From a virus (lineage: Duplodnaviria > Caudoviricetes): a stretch of 64,000 nucleotides of DNA. Under the pieces are notes generated by a model, which was given only the letters and a program-made list of their open reading frames with translations, had not been told where the DNA came from and did not search any database. Position 1 is the first letter of the stretch. Each line of letters opens with the position of its first letter. The DNA lies in the IMG/VR virus record IMGVR_UViG_3300031851_000001. One strand, given 5' to 3'. Below are positions 55,387 to 64,000 of this stretch, piece after piece. A program made the translations under genes and the position numbers.

Positions 55387-58300
55387 TTATTGACCTTTAA
55401 TTTGGTCAACCTCATCTTTTAAATCTTTGATAGCTTCAACTAACAGACCGACTAATGAGGCATATGCGACTGATTTAATCTTATCTTCAGTTTTATCTTC
55501 AATCACAACTTCAGGAATAACTCTTTCAACTTCCTGAGCAATTAAACCAATTTTTCTGGCATCAGGATTTGTTTTCTTGTTAAAATATACACCACGCAAG
55601 TCTGTAACTTTAGAAAGTGCGTTATCAACAGTAATAACATTTTCTTTAAGTCTTTCATCAGAGTTTGTAGTAATATCGCCTGTTGCAGTAAATTCTCCGG
55701 TTGTTGTATCAAAAGTAAATACCGCAGTACCGCCTGCTCTTTCTTCAATCCTAACTGATGTTACTGTAGTTGTATCAGCATCTAATAAGAATGCACCAGT
55801 ACCTGATTCCACACCAAGCTTCATTGCATTAGTAGTACCAAAACCAAAGTACGTATCATCAGGTAAGTTCATATCAGATGTAATACCTGTAAGATTGCCT
55901 GCGGTTAATGTACCACCAACAGTCATGTTACCAGCAGCATCAATGTTTTCAACACTAAGCTCATCATCTCCAGATGTATAGAAGAAGTTTTGTTCACCAC
56001 CTGGGTTAGGTCCTAACGTGGCCATCAACGGTCGTTGGTCTGCTCCAGCTTCAAAGAATGGAATGAATAACGCAGTATCCTGTAATGGAGATGTGTGAAT
56101 GTTTTGTAAGTTACCAACACCACCTTCGTTACCCGGTCCCTGAACACCTTGAGTACCTTGGAAACCGTAATCCCCTTGGAAGCCTGCAGTACCTTGATAA
56201 CCTTGAACACCGCCACCAATAGCACCTTGGAAACCTAAGTCACCTTGCATACCTTGTATACCTTGAACACCCTGTGCACCAAACCCGGTTGCACCTTGTA
56301 CACCTTGCCAACCATCAGCACCTTGAGTACCTTGGAAACCTTGTGTACCAGTTCCACCAACGCCACCTGAAATACCTTGTAAACCTTGCGATCCTTGGAA
56401 GCCTTCATAACCTTGAACACCACCTTCACCAGACTCACCTGAAATACCTTGTGGACCAGATGGACCATTGTCACCTTGTAAACCAGTATCACCGATACCT
56501 GCGGCACCTTGGAAACCTTGAACACCTTGTTGTCCTGAACCGTTTGGTCCTTGGAAACCTAATCCACCTTGGAAACCTTGGAAACCGTTACCACCTTGTG
56601 CACCTTGATTACCTTCACCTGCAGTACCTTGGTTACCGCCAAATCCTTGGAAACCCTCAGCTCCTTGGAAGCCTTGCATACCTTGTACACCTTGAGTACC
56701 AAATCCTATTGGACCTGTAATACCTTGTATACCTTGAGAAGCCTGAGGACCTTGAGTACCTTGGAAACCATCGTTACCTTGGAAACCTGCCGCACCCGGA
56801 GCACCAATACCTTGTGGACCTTGGAAACCCTGCATACCTTGGAAGCCATCGCCACCTTGTAAACCAAAGCTACCTTGTACACCTTGTGGTCCATCGCCAC
56901 CAACTTCACCTTCTTCACCTTGTTCACCATCAGTACCTTGTGGACCAGATGCTCCTTGGAAACCGGTAGCACCTTGAGCACCAACACCGTCTAAACCTTG
57001 AAGTCCTTGTAATCCTTGAGTACCTTGAGCACCAACTGTACCAATTCCACCGTCTAAACCTTGAATACCAGTATCACCTTGGATACCAGTAGTACCTTGT
57101 GAACCAGTGGCACCTAAGTCACCAGTTCTTGCGAAAGTAATTACAACATCAAGTCCATCAGTCATACTTGTAACTGAACCATTTACATATGAACATATTA
57201 TGTTAAAGTAACCTGCGACTTCCTGAACACTAGTGATAGTAAATACCGCAAAGTTTTCCGGAGCACCATTTTCAGATAACTTAAAGTGACCTTTGATAGG
57301 GCTTGTTGAGTCATCAATAGTTCTAAGGAATGGTTGAATGTCTGTAAAGTTATCATCTCTATCGTCCATATACAGGTTACCTGCAGAGTTAAACGATGCA
57401 TTATTGAACTTAAGTGTACCTACACCCGGATCTGATGTAGCAGTATTTGTGCTAAATGTGTAATCAAAAGTAACACCACCAAACGAACCTGTTTGACCTT
57501 GAACACCTGATCCACCTTGTAGACCATCAGTACCTTGAGTACCCTGCGGACCAACAAGTCCCGGCACACCTTGAACGCCTTGGAAACCTAAGTCACCTTG
57601 GAAGCCATCAGTACCTTGAATTGATTGTGGACCTTGCGTACCTTGGAAACCTAGTAATCCTTGAATACCCTGAATGCCTTGTATACCTTGAACACCCTGT
57701 GTACCTTGAGGACCAAGATCTGAAGTAACAATATCGCCACCCATTGCAGCATGTACTGTACACTGATAATAAAGCGATGCAGGAGCATCAAATGGTACTC
57801 GGAATATAATTAAACCGCTTGCTGACGCGTTACCTGTTACACCAGTATTATAAGCAGCTCCACCTTGGGCAACTCTAATTTCAAACGGGTGACCTGCTGC
57901 GCTTACATCAAAGATATAAGTAAATCCACGGATAAGGTGAATTGTTGGATCAGCTACACCATCAATTAAATAATCACTTGTGCCATTATTTGTTACAATA
58001 AATGTACGAGCACCTTCTTGACCTTGAATACCTTGAGCACCTTGGATACCAGTAGTACCTTGGATTGACTGTGGTCCTTGAGTACCTTGCAGCCCTTGTA
58101 GACCCTGTAAACCTTGTAATCCCTGTACGCCTTGTACACCTTGGGTACCAGCTTCGCCGCGTGGAACAAAGTTAATTAATGTTTTAGCAGGGTGTAATGT
58201 ATCAATAACATCTGTTTGCCAATTATTATTAGGCAAGCCATATGAACCAACATAAGTAACATCGAACCAACCAAATGTTTTTCCAGCGCCATCCCATGTA

Positions 58301-60087
58301 AAGTTTGTGAATTCGTATACAACTTGATGGTGACCACCCGGCCCATTACCATCGTCAAATGATTCAACAACAATTAAGCCTTTTGAACCTGACCCTTGTG
58401 GAATAGTTTGTAGCCAATCAAATACTTCATCAACATCGTTAGTGTAGTTATTTAAAGGAATATCGTCAAGTGTTAAAACAGTTGCTAACGAAACATCAGC
58501 GTTGTTTATTTTCCATTTACTAGTTCCTGGGAATGTAGAAGCAGTGTTATTATTAAGGAAATCCCACTCGTAAGTTAAACCACCATAATGTCCAACCGCA
58601 CCTTGAACTCCTTGTGTTCCCTGATCGCCTTGTGTACCTTGGTTACCTTGTAAACCAGCTCCACCTTGGACGCCTTGCACACCTTGAACAGATTGAGTAC
58701 CTTGTATACCTTGAACACCGGTTCCACCTTGTAGACCCTGTAAACCTTGAACACCTTGTACTGATTGAACACCTTGCAGCCCTTGTAGACCCTGTGTTCC
58801 TTGGCTACCTTGAATACCTTTTTGTCCTTGGATACCCTGCATACCAGTAGTACCTTGGATTGACTGTGGTCCTTGAATACCTTGGAAGCCTAAAATACCT
58901 TGAACGCCTTGGACACCTTGAGTTCCCTGTGGTCCTTGAATACCTTGGAAACCTCTGTCACCAGATATATTAAATGCAACCAATACTGGTAAACGCTGTG
59001 TTGTACCCGGAGTTGGTGTATCTAATTGAACAAAATCGCCCTTAACGCCTTCGCCTGCTACATAAGTAACATCTAATTGCCAATAACCTGTTTGGTCAGT
59101 AGCTGCCTGAACTGAGAATATAACATAATCATCAGGATTGTTGCGAAGAGTAATCTTCATATAAGCTTTGTTTGTAGAAGATGATGCGGCGATTGCTGTG
59201 TATAAACCTTCAAGATTTACACTATAGAATGCTTCATCATCAATCCAAATTCTTGTAACACCGGAAAAATCGTCTGCTGGATTAGCAGCGCCATTCATAA
59301 TCATTTCACCAGTAGTTGGATCTGCTTGTACTATTTCATCTTTAATTCTAAATTCTACTACATGACCGGCATCATCACCAGAAAAACCTTGAAAACCAAG
59401 ATCCCCTTGGATACCAGTAGTACCTTGAATAGATTGCGGTCCCTGTGTACCTTGGTTACCTAATAACCCTTGTACTCCTTGAGTTCCCTGAACTCCTTGG
59501 ACACCTTGAATTCCTTGAGTACCTTGTGGTCCTTGAACACCCTGTACGCCTTGGATACCATCAGCACCTTGAATACCTTGTGTACCTTGATAACCACGGA
59601 AACCACGTGAACCTTGAATACCTTCTTCACCAATAGTTCCTTGCACACCTTGTGTACCTTGGTTACCAATGAAACCTTGAACACCTCTAAACGATCCAAC
59701 GTTTACCCATACCGCACCATCATAAACCCATAACTCATCATCTGCGTTATCAATAACACCTTGACCAGTTGTAGCTGATGGGAATGCCGTATTAAGAGTT
59801 GCTTGCTGATCGCCACCTGTATCAACATCAGTAACAGAACCAATAACGTCAAAACCCGGTCCATATGTACCTTGTGTACCTTGTAAACCTGCATCGCCTT
59901 GTAAACCGGATGTACCTTGAACCCCTGCACCAACTGCGTTCCATGCTGTGCCATTAGAAACATAAATTAACCCGTCTGAACCATAAGCAATGGCTCCATT
60001 GTACGGGGCTGGATCTAATTGAATAGGTACTGCTTGCGGAGTACCCTGCCCAATTATTCGTGAACCGCTAATTGATTTGAAAGCCAT
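55387..60087 (-). CDS. collagen-like tail fibre with C-terminal S74-type chaperone domain
   Basis: Long Gly-X-Y runs; [22 protein letters not shown]...[13 protein letters not shown]. Confidence 0.88.
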   Translation of the reverse strand: MAFKSISGSRIIGQGTPQAVPIQLDPAPYNGAIAYGSDGLIYVSNGTAWNAVGAGVQGTSGLQGDAGLQGTQGTYGPGFDVIGSVTDVDTGGDQQATLNTAFPSATTGQGVIDNADDELWVYDGAVWVNVGSFRGVQGFIGNQGTQGVQGTIGEEGIQGSRGFRGYQGTQGIQGADGIQGVQGVQGPQGTQGIQGVQGVQGTQGVQGLLGNQGTQGPQSIQGTTGIQGDLGFQGFSGDDAGHVVEFRIKDEIVQADPTTGEMIMNGAANPADDFSGVTRIWIDDEAFYSVNLEGLYTAIAASSSTNKAYMKITLRNNPDDYVIFSVQAATDQTGYWQLDVTYVAGEGVKGDFVQLDTPTPGTTQRLPVLVAFNISGDRGFQGIQGPQGTQGVQGVQGILGFQGIQGPQSIQGTTGMQGIQGQKGIQGSQGTQGLQGLQGVQSVQGVQGLQGLQGGTGVQGIQGTQSVQGVQGVQGGAGLQGNQGTQGDQGTQGVQGAVGHYGGLTYEWDFLNNNTASTFPGTSKWKINNADVSLATVLTLDDIPLNNYTNDVDEVFDWLQTIPQGSGSKGLIVVESFDDGNGPGGHHQVVYEFTNFTWDGAGKTFGWFDVTYVGSYGLPNNNWQTDVIDTLHPAKTLINFVPRGEAGTQGVQGVQGLQGLQGLQGLQGTQGPQSIQGTTGIQGAQGIQGQEGARTFIVTNNGTSDYLIDGVADPTIHLIRGFTYIFDVSAAGHPFEIRVAQGGAAYNTGVTGNASASGLIIFRVPFDAPASLYYQCTVHAAMGGDIVTSDLGPQGTQGVQGIQGIQGIQGLLGFQGTQGPQSIQGTDGFQGDLGFQGVQGVPGLVGPQGTQGTDGLQGGSGVQGQTGSFGGVTFDYTFSTNTATSDPGVGTLKFNNASFNSAGNLYMDDRDDNFTDIQPFLRTIDDSTSPIKGHFKLSENGAPENFAVFTITSVQEVAGYFNIICSYVNGSVTSMTDGLDVVITFARTGDLGATGSQGTTGIQGDTGIQGLDGGIGTVGAQGTQGLQGLQGLDGVGAQGATGFQGASGPQGTDGEQGEEGEVGGDGPQGVQGSFGLQGGDGFQGMQGFQGPQGIGAPGAAGFQGNDGFQGTQGPQASQGIQGITGPIGFGTQGVQGMQGFQGAEGFQGFGGNQGTAGEGNQGAQGGNGFQGFQGGLGFQGPNGSGQQGVQGFQGAAGIGDTGLQGDNGPSGPQGISGESGEGGVQGYEGFQGSQGLQGISGGVGGTGTQGFQGTQGADGWQGVQGATGFGAQGVQGIQGMQGDLGFQGAIGGGVQGYQGTAGFQGDYGFQGTQGVQGPGNEGGVGNLQNIHTSPLQDTALFIPFFEAGADQRPLMATLGPNPGGEQNFFYTSGDDELSVENIDAAGNMTVGGTLTAGNLTGITSDMNLPDDTYFGFGTTNAMKLGVESGTGAFLLDADTTTVTSVRIEERAGGTAVFTFDTTTGEFTATGDITTNSDERLKENVITVDNALSKVTDLRGVYFNKKTNPDARKIGLIAQEVERVIPEVVIEDKTEDKIKSVAYASLVGLLVEAIKDLKDEVDQIKGQ
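56130..59930 (-). repeat. six collagen-like (Gly-X-Gln-rich) blocks
   Basis: Recurrent accttg/acctgt DNA motifs; [10 protein letters not shown] etc.; coordinates approximate. Confidence 0.9.
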
Positions 60088-60509
60088 TATACATCATCCT
60101 CCTCGGATTGACCAAGTGTAAAGGATAAGGTAGCATCAACTGCGAGGTTTGTATCGCATTTGATTTCTAATAGATCGCCTGATCTAAAGAATTGACCGTT
60201 GAGTGGTAAAGGAACAGTATCATATGCTGGAATTTGTAAATTTCTAATAATCCAAAACTCTGCATTAATTTCTTCCCTGTGTGTTCTTACATCAACTGCT
60301 ACAGTATTTGCTGTAAAGTTACATAAGATAAGTGGCGAAATAACTTCACCAACACCGGGTTCTGTTGTAGTTGAACCACCGAAAACTAGTTCCGGAACTT
60401 CATAGTTTGGTACCTCAATCATTGTCTGCCAGTTCGTGGTCAATGTAAAGGACTTGGCGACCGGTTTAGCATCTGGCGCCTGGGATGTTGCGATTGTGTA
60501 TATAGCCAT
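60087..60509 (-). CDS. small virion protein
   Basis: 140 aa, TAATG-coupled on both sides. Confidence 0.7.
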   Translation of the reverse strand: MAIYTIATSQAPDAKPVAKSFTLTTNWQTMIEVPNYEVPELVFGGSTTTEPGVGEVISPLILCNFTANTVAVDVRTHREEINAEFWIIRNLQIPAYDTVPLPLNGQFFRSGDLLEIKCDTNLAVDATLSFTLGQSEEDDV

Positions 60510-63500
60510 TATAGAGATGCCCTACTGTTAGATGCACGTCGTGCAAGTTTTCTCACTGATGAAGTAAACGGACGACCTTCAATTCGACCTGTTCTACCGT
60601 TGATTTTGAGACCTCTTGCGAAGTACTGGTTGTTTAATTCGTCTGACCCTGACCATCTGATCCGGCCTCCGCCTTCTGACAATACAGAGGCATTAGCACC
60701 AATTGCGGCACCTACGTTTCTAAAGTTCAGCGGTAAGGCGTTTCTGTTAACACCTGCCGATGCACCGTTAAACTGGTGAGCAATAGATTCAACCAACGAA
60801 CCAAACGTTAAGAAGTTAGGTCTTATGACACTGTCTATGATAAGGTTATCTATCAATTCGGTTACCATGGTTCTATGATCTGCATCAGGAGCGATATTGT
60901 TATTTATATAAGTTTTCATTCTTGACCATGCGCCAGTGAACGAGTCAAGTAAATCTGTATTGTTAGCGCCTTCACTTATAATATTCCAAACGCCTGCACC
61001 GTTGTATACGTAAATGTTACCTACATAACGGTTAGCGCTAGGAGTAGTTGATACAATTCTTGCATCCCATTTCTTTGAAATAGAGTTTAAGGCAGCCAAT
61101 GCTGGAACATTGTCAACCGTACCTTTAAATCTTAACCTACGCCAATCAGCATATGCCTCTGGTGGATTAAATACTGGGAATACATGTTGAGCATCGATGT
61201 TAAACAACGCACCAACAAACGATCTTGAACCTTTATCAGAACCAACTGTACCAACAACTGGATCAATAACTCTACCTTTGAAATCGTTTTGTAGAACTTT
61301 AAGGAAGTTACCACCATCACGATATGTTTTAGGCAAGTCGATAAATTTGTATGTTGAAGTAATGTGACGTTGTACTTCACGCTGTAATTTAGTTCTGTTA
61401 TTAGATAAAATATCTTTAGCAAAGCTAAACTCTTTACTTTCTTCCCATGCAAAGTTAGGTTCAATTTTTGGACCAAGTGATTGAGGTGAGTCATAGAACA
61501 TTACGTTATGTAATATATCACCGAGTTCAATCGCTTGAGCTTCTTGAGTAGTTGTACCTAGCTCAGAACGAACAGCTTGATTTGGATGCTTACCAATAAC
61601 AACTTGACTTACGATTTTACCAAGTTGACGATATGCTTTCGCTGTCGCAACTCTTGTATCTTCTGGGATACGTAATTCGTTATTCCAATAATAGAAATCT
61701 GCATTCCATCTTGTAGCTAAGTTACCGCCATAGTTGAGATCCCAAGACATCGCATCAACGATATATCCAGCATCTCTGCGGCATTTAGCTTTAGAGTAAT
61801 CAATAATAGTGAATGTATCTTTAAGGAACTTAGTAACATCGTCAGCAAGTTCGTCAAGATTATCATCAATAATTTTTGAAGCTTCAATCTTAGTAGCGTT
61901 AACCCAAGAAGTGTCAGGCTCAACGATATCTGGTAGACCGTCAATATTATCTCTTCTGATTGCATCCTCTACGATACGAACTAAGTCAGCAACCTCTTCA
62001 CCTTCAACCGCGGTTGCTGGAGTGATTGATGTAGTATCTTGTGTTGTCCAAGTTCTAACCGCTTTCTTCAGTCCACCTTCAGTTGCACTTACGAATGTAT
62101 GAGCACCAGAATAAGTAGCTGCTGGTCCTACCCACATTGTTATTACGTTACCTTCAACGTAAAGGATTGGACAAGGAACATCGTAATATGGATGATGTGA
62201 CTCAGGTACCGCATGGTTAACTGGACCAGAACCAACATCACATGAGAATGTAAAGCTTTCAGGTTCAAACGATACGTAATCGCCAATTTCTAAACCGTGG
62301 TCAGCATCAATAGTTGCAGTGAAGTAACCTGTATCAGGATCGTATGTTGCACCAGTTGAAGTAAATCCTCTCTGATACGCTGTCTGACCTTGAACAACTG
62401 ACTTAACAACGCCGGCCATCTCTGTAAAGAACTCGGCGGTTTGTTGTCTTTGGTCTGCAGGTAATATTGAATGCGCGCCTTCGAAGTATAGACCTGCAGT
62501 CATTATCATTGCATAGTTTGTGGTATAGTTAACATCGTGTGATACGGCATCAATCATTACGCCAACATCTCTGCGGCATTTCTCTTTCGAGTATGATATA
62601 CCATTGTAAGCGTTACCAATATGTATTTGTAGATCTTTCGCCATTTGAATTGAATTATCGTCAATTACATTTTTAGCAGTCATCAATCCTGTTTCAATCC
62701 AAGAAGTATCTGGATCAATTCTTGATGGAATATTTGCTGGGCTATTATCATCAGCAACTTTTGCCAACATGGTTGCTAAGTTCATCGCTTCATCTGCGAT
62801 TGTGCGACGAGCAGCTCTGTGTTTAAACTCTTGTCTAACCGTGTTACCAGTTAGGTGAGTAATTGCATTCATTGTTGCGCTTACGAATGTATGAGCACCG
62901 CCACCTTTACCATATGGAACTTTACCAACATTCATAGTAATAGTTGTTCCAGTTCTTGCAGTGATTTTCATCGGTGCATTGTAATATGGATGATGTGCTT
63001 CTGGCGCAGGGTGGTTATGAACGTCGCCATCTAGAGCACATGTAAACACAATACTGTTTGGTGCGATCATAACGTAATCGCCAATTTTAAGATTGTGGTT
63101 TGCCATAGTAGCAGTAAATATGCCTGTATCAGGATCGTATGTGGCTGTTGTTGGTGTAAACTTGCGACCTTCTTTACGAGGTACTGTTTCATTGCGTGTT
63201 ACCCAACGAACTACTTTACCAAGATATTCAAATGCTTCTCTAGTTGATTGACGTTGGTCAATTGGTAGAATATTCACTGCATTCTTAAAGTAAAGTTCAG
63301 CAGTACCATGCATTGCAGAGTTACCACCATATTGAATATCGTGTGATATCGCATCAACAATATAACCTGTATCTCTTCGGCAACGATCCTCATCGTACTC
63401 AAGGTAACCAAAGTTATTTCTTAAGTATTGAGTAATAGTATCTTGTAGATTATCTTTACGTCCTGCGATAATTGTTGCAGATGGATCATATAGATAGTTT

Positions 63501-64000
63501 TCAGCACCTACAGTATTCGTAGGAATTTCAACAAGATCAGGCATATTGATTAAGGAGTCATCAGCAATTAAATCGCCAACGATTTTCCATAGTGATGTAA
63601 TGTGCTGTGCAATTGGAACAGTAACCACACCAAACGATGTATTTTGAGTAACGGTATTACCAGCTGATCTTGATACTGTTTGTTTCAGAACGATTTGACT
63701 TGCTACTGAACTTAAGTGAGTATATAATGCAGCGGTCGGTGCCCTTTGAGCAGTACTTAAAGTGGATAGACCATTTTCAAAATATAGTTTAGCAACATCA
63801 AGCATTGCTGTATTTGACTCGTGTTGTGTATCGTATGATACCGCGTCAACCATAATACCTGTGTCGCGTTTACATTTATTTACATCATATGATAATCCGC
63901 CATAGTTTGTATTAACCCAAGCTGTTGCTTCTTCTTTTAAGAATTCTCTGTTAAGTTGAAGCGCTTGACGAGCAAACACGTGGTTATCAGAAATTTGACC
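60509..64000 (-). CDS. large virion structural protein (5' end outside window)
   Basis: Frame open to base 64000; four KC.RD.G..VDA...D repeats and two ATYDPDTG...HHPYY...HTFVSAT modules. Confidence 0.8.
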   Translation of the reverse strand, partial: GQISDNHVFARQALQLNREFLKEEATAWVNTNYGGLSYDVNKCKRDTGIMVDAVSYDTQHESNTAMLDVAKLYFENGLSTLSTAQRAPTAALYTHLSSVASQIVLKQTVSRSAGNTVTQNTSFGVVTVPIAQHITSLWKIVGDLIADDSLINMPDLVEIPTNTVGAENYLYDPSATIIAGRKDNLQDTITQYLRNNFGYLEYDEDRCRRDTGYIVDAISHDIQYGGNSAMHGTAELYFKNAVNILPIDQRQSTREAFEYLGKVVRWVTRNETVPRKEGRKFTPTTATYDPDTGIFTATMANHNLKIGDYVMIAPNSIVFTCALDGDVHNHPAPEAHHPYYNAPMKITARTGTTITMNVGKVPYGKGGGAHTFVSATMNAITHLTGNTVRQEFKHRAARRTIADEAMNLATMLAKVADDNSPANIPSRIDPDTSWIETGLMTAKNVIDDNSIQMAKDLQIHIGNAYNGISYSKEKCRRDVGVMIDAVSHDVNYTTNYAMIMTAGLYFEGAHSILPADQRQQTAEFFTEMAGVVKSVVQGQTAYQRGFTSTGATYDPDTGYFTATIDADHGLEIGDYVSFEPESFTFSCDVGSGPVNHAVPESHHPYYDVPCPILYVEGNVITMWVGPAATYSGAHTFVSATEGGLKKAVRTWTTQDTTSITPATAVEGEEVADLVRIVEDAIRRDNIDGLPDIVEPDTSWVNATKIEASKIIDDNLDELADDVTKFLKDTFTIIDYSKAKCRRDAGYIVDAMSWDLNYGGNLATRWNADFYYWNNELRIPEDTRVATAKAYRQLGKIVSQVVIGKHPNQAVRSELGTTTQEAQAIELGDILHNVMFYDSPQSLGPKIEPNFAWEESKEFSFAKDILSNNRTKLQREVQRHITSTYKFIDLPKTYRDGGNFLKVLQNDFKGRVIDPVVGTVGSDKGSRSFVGALFNIDAQHVFPVFNPPEAYADWRRLRFKGTVDNVPALAALNSISKKWDARIVSTTPSANRYVGNIYVYNGAGVWNIISEGANNTDLLDSFTGAWSRMKTYINNNIAPDADHRTMVTELIDNLIIDSVIRPNFLTFGSLVESIAHQFNGASAGVNRNALPLNFRNVGAAIGANASVLSEGGGRIRWSGSDELNNQYFARGLKINGRTGRIEGRPFTSSVRKLARRASNSRASL

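Noticed and set aside
56025-59963. Numerous alternate-frame and antisense ORFs (KVFKV, HLEYL repeats)
   Set aside because: By-products of the repetitive collagen codons, which lack stops in other frames.
1-64000. tRNAs, introns, inteins, homing endonucleases, DGR
   Set aside because: Intergenic gaps are too short and show no cloverleaf; g17, g18, g20 and g23 have normal lengths; no reverse transcriptase or TR/VR pair seen by eye.

Overview
A 64 kb, AT-rich segment of a T4-like (myovirus) phage genome. The host is probably a marine alphaproteobacterium; this is inferred from a GapR/DUF2312 gene and cyanophage/pelagiphage-style fibre genes. Layout: (i) 1-6.5 kb, + strand early/accessory genes behind five near-identical sigma70-type promoters. 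(ii) 6.6-20.8 kb, - strand head/tail core (g23, g22, g21, core protein, g20-g13) with T4 late promoters (TATAAATA). (iii) 20.8-26.7 kb, small virion genes and a glycan/modification cassette. (iv) 26.1-40.5 kb, an unusual island of nine radical SAM proteins in two convergent operons. It also holds two Fe(II)/2OG-type oxygenases, four unknown proteins and two tandem ~126-aa paralogs ending in CHxSCHxSCHSSRGRR, which lie 1 nt downstream of a 2.8k-aa tail fibre. (v) 40.5-64 kb, giant fibre/virion proteins, including a collagen-like fibre with a cupredoxin-type motif. The best candidate for an undescribed system is (iv): a phage-encoded RiPP-like post-translational modification pathway, possibly acting on virion/fibre-associated proteins. 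All family assignments come from motif recognition by eye; no searches were run.
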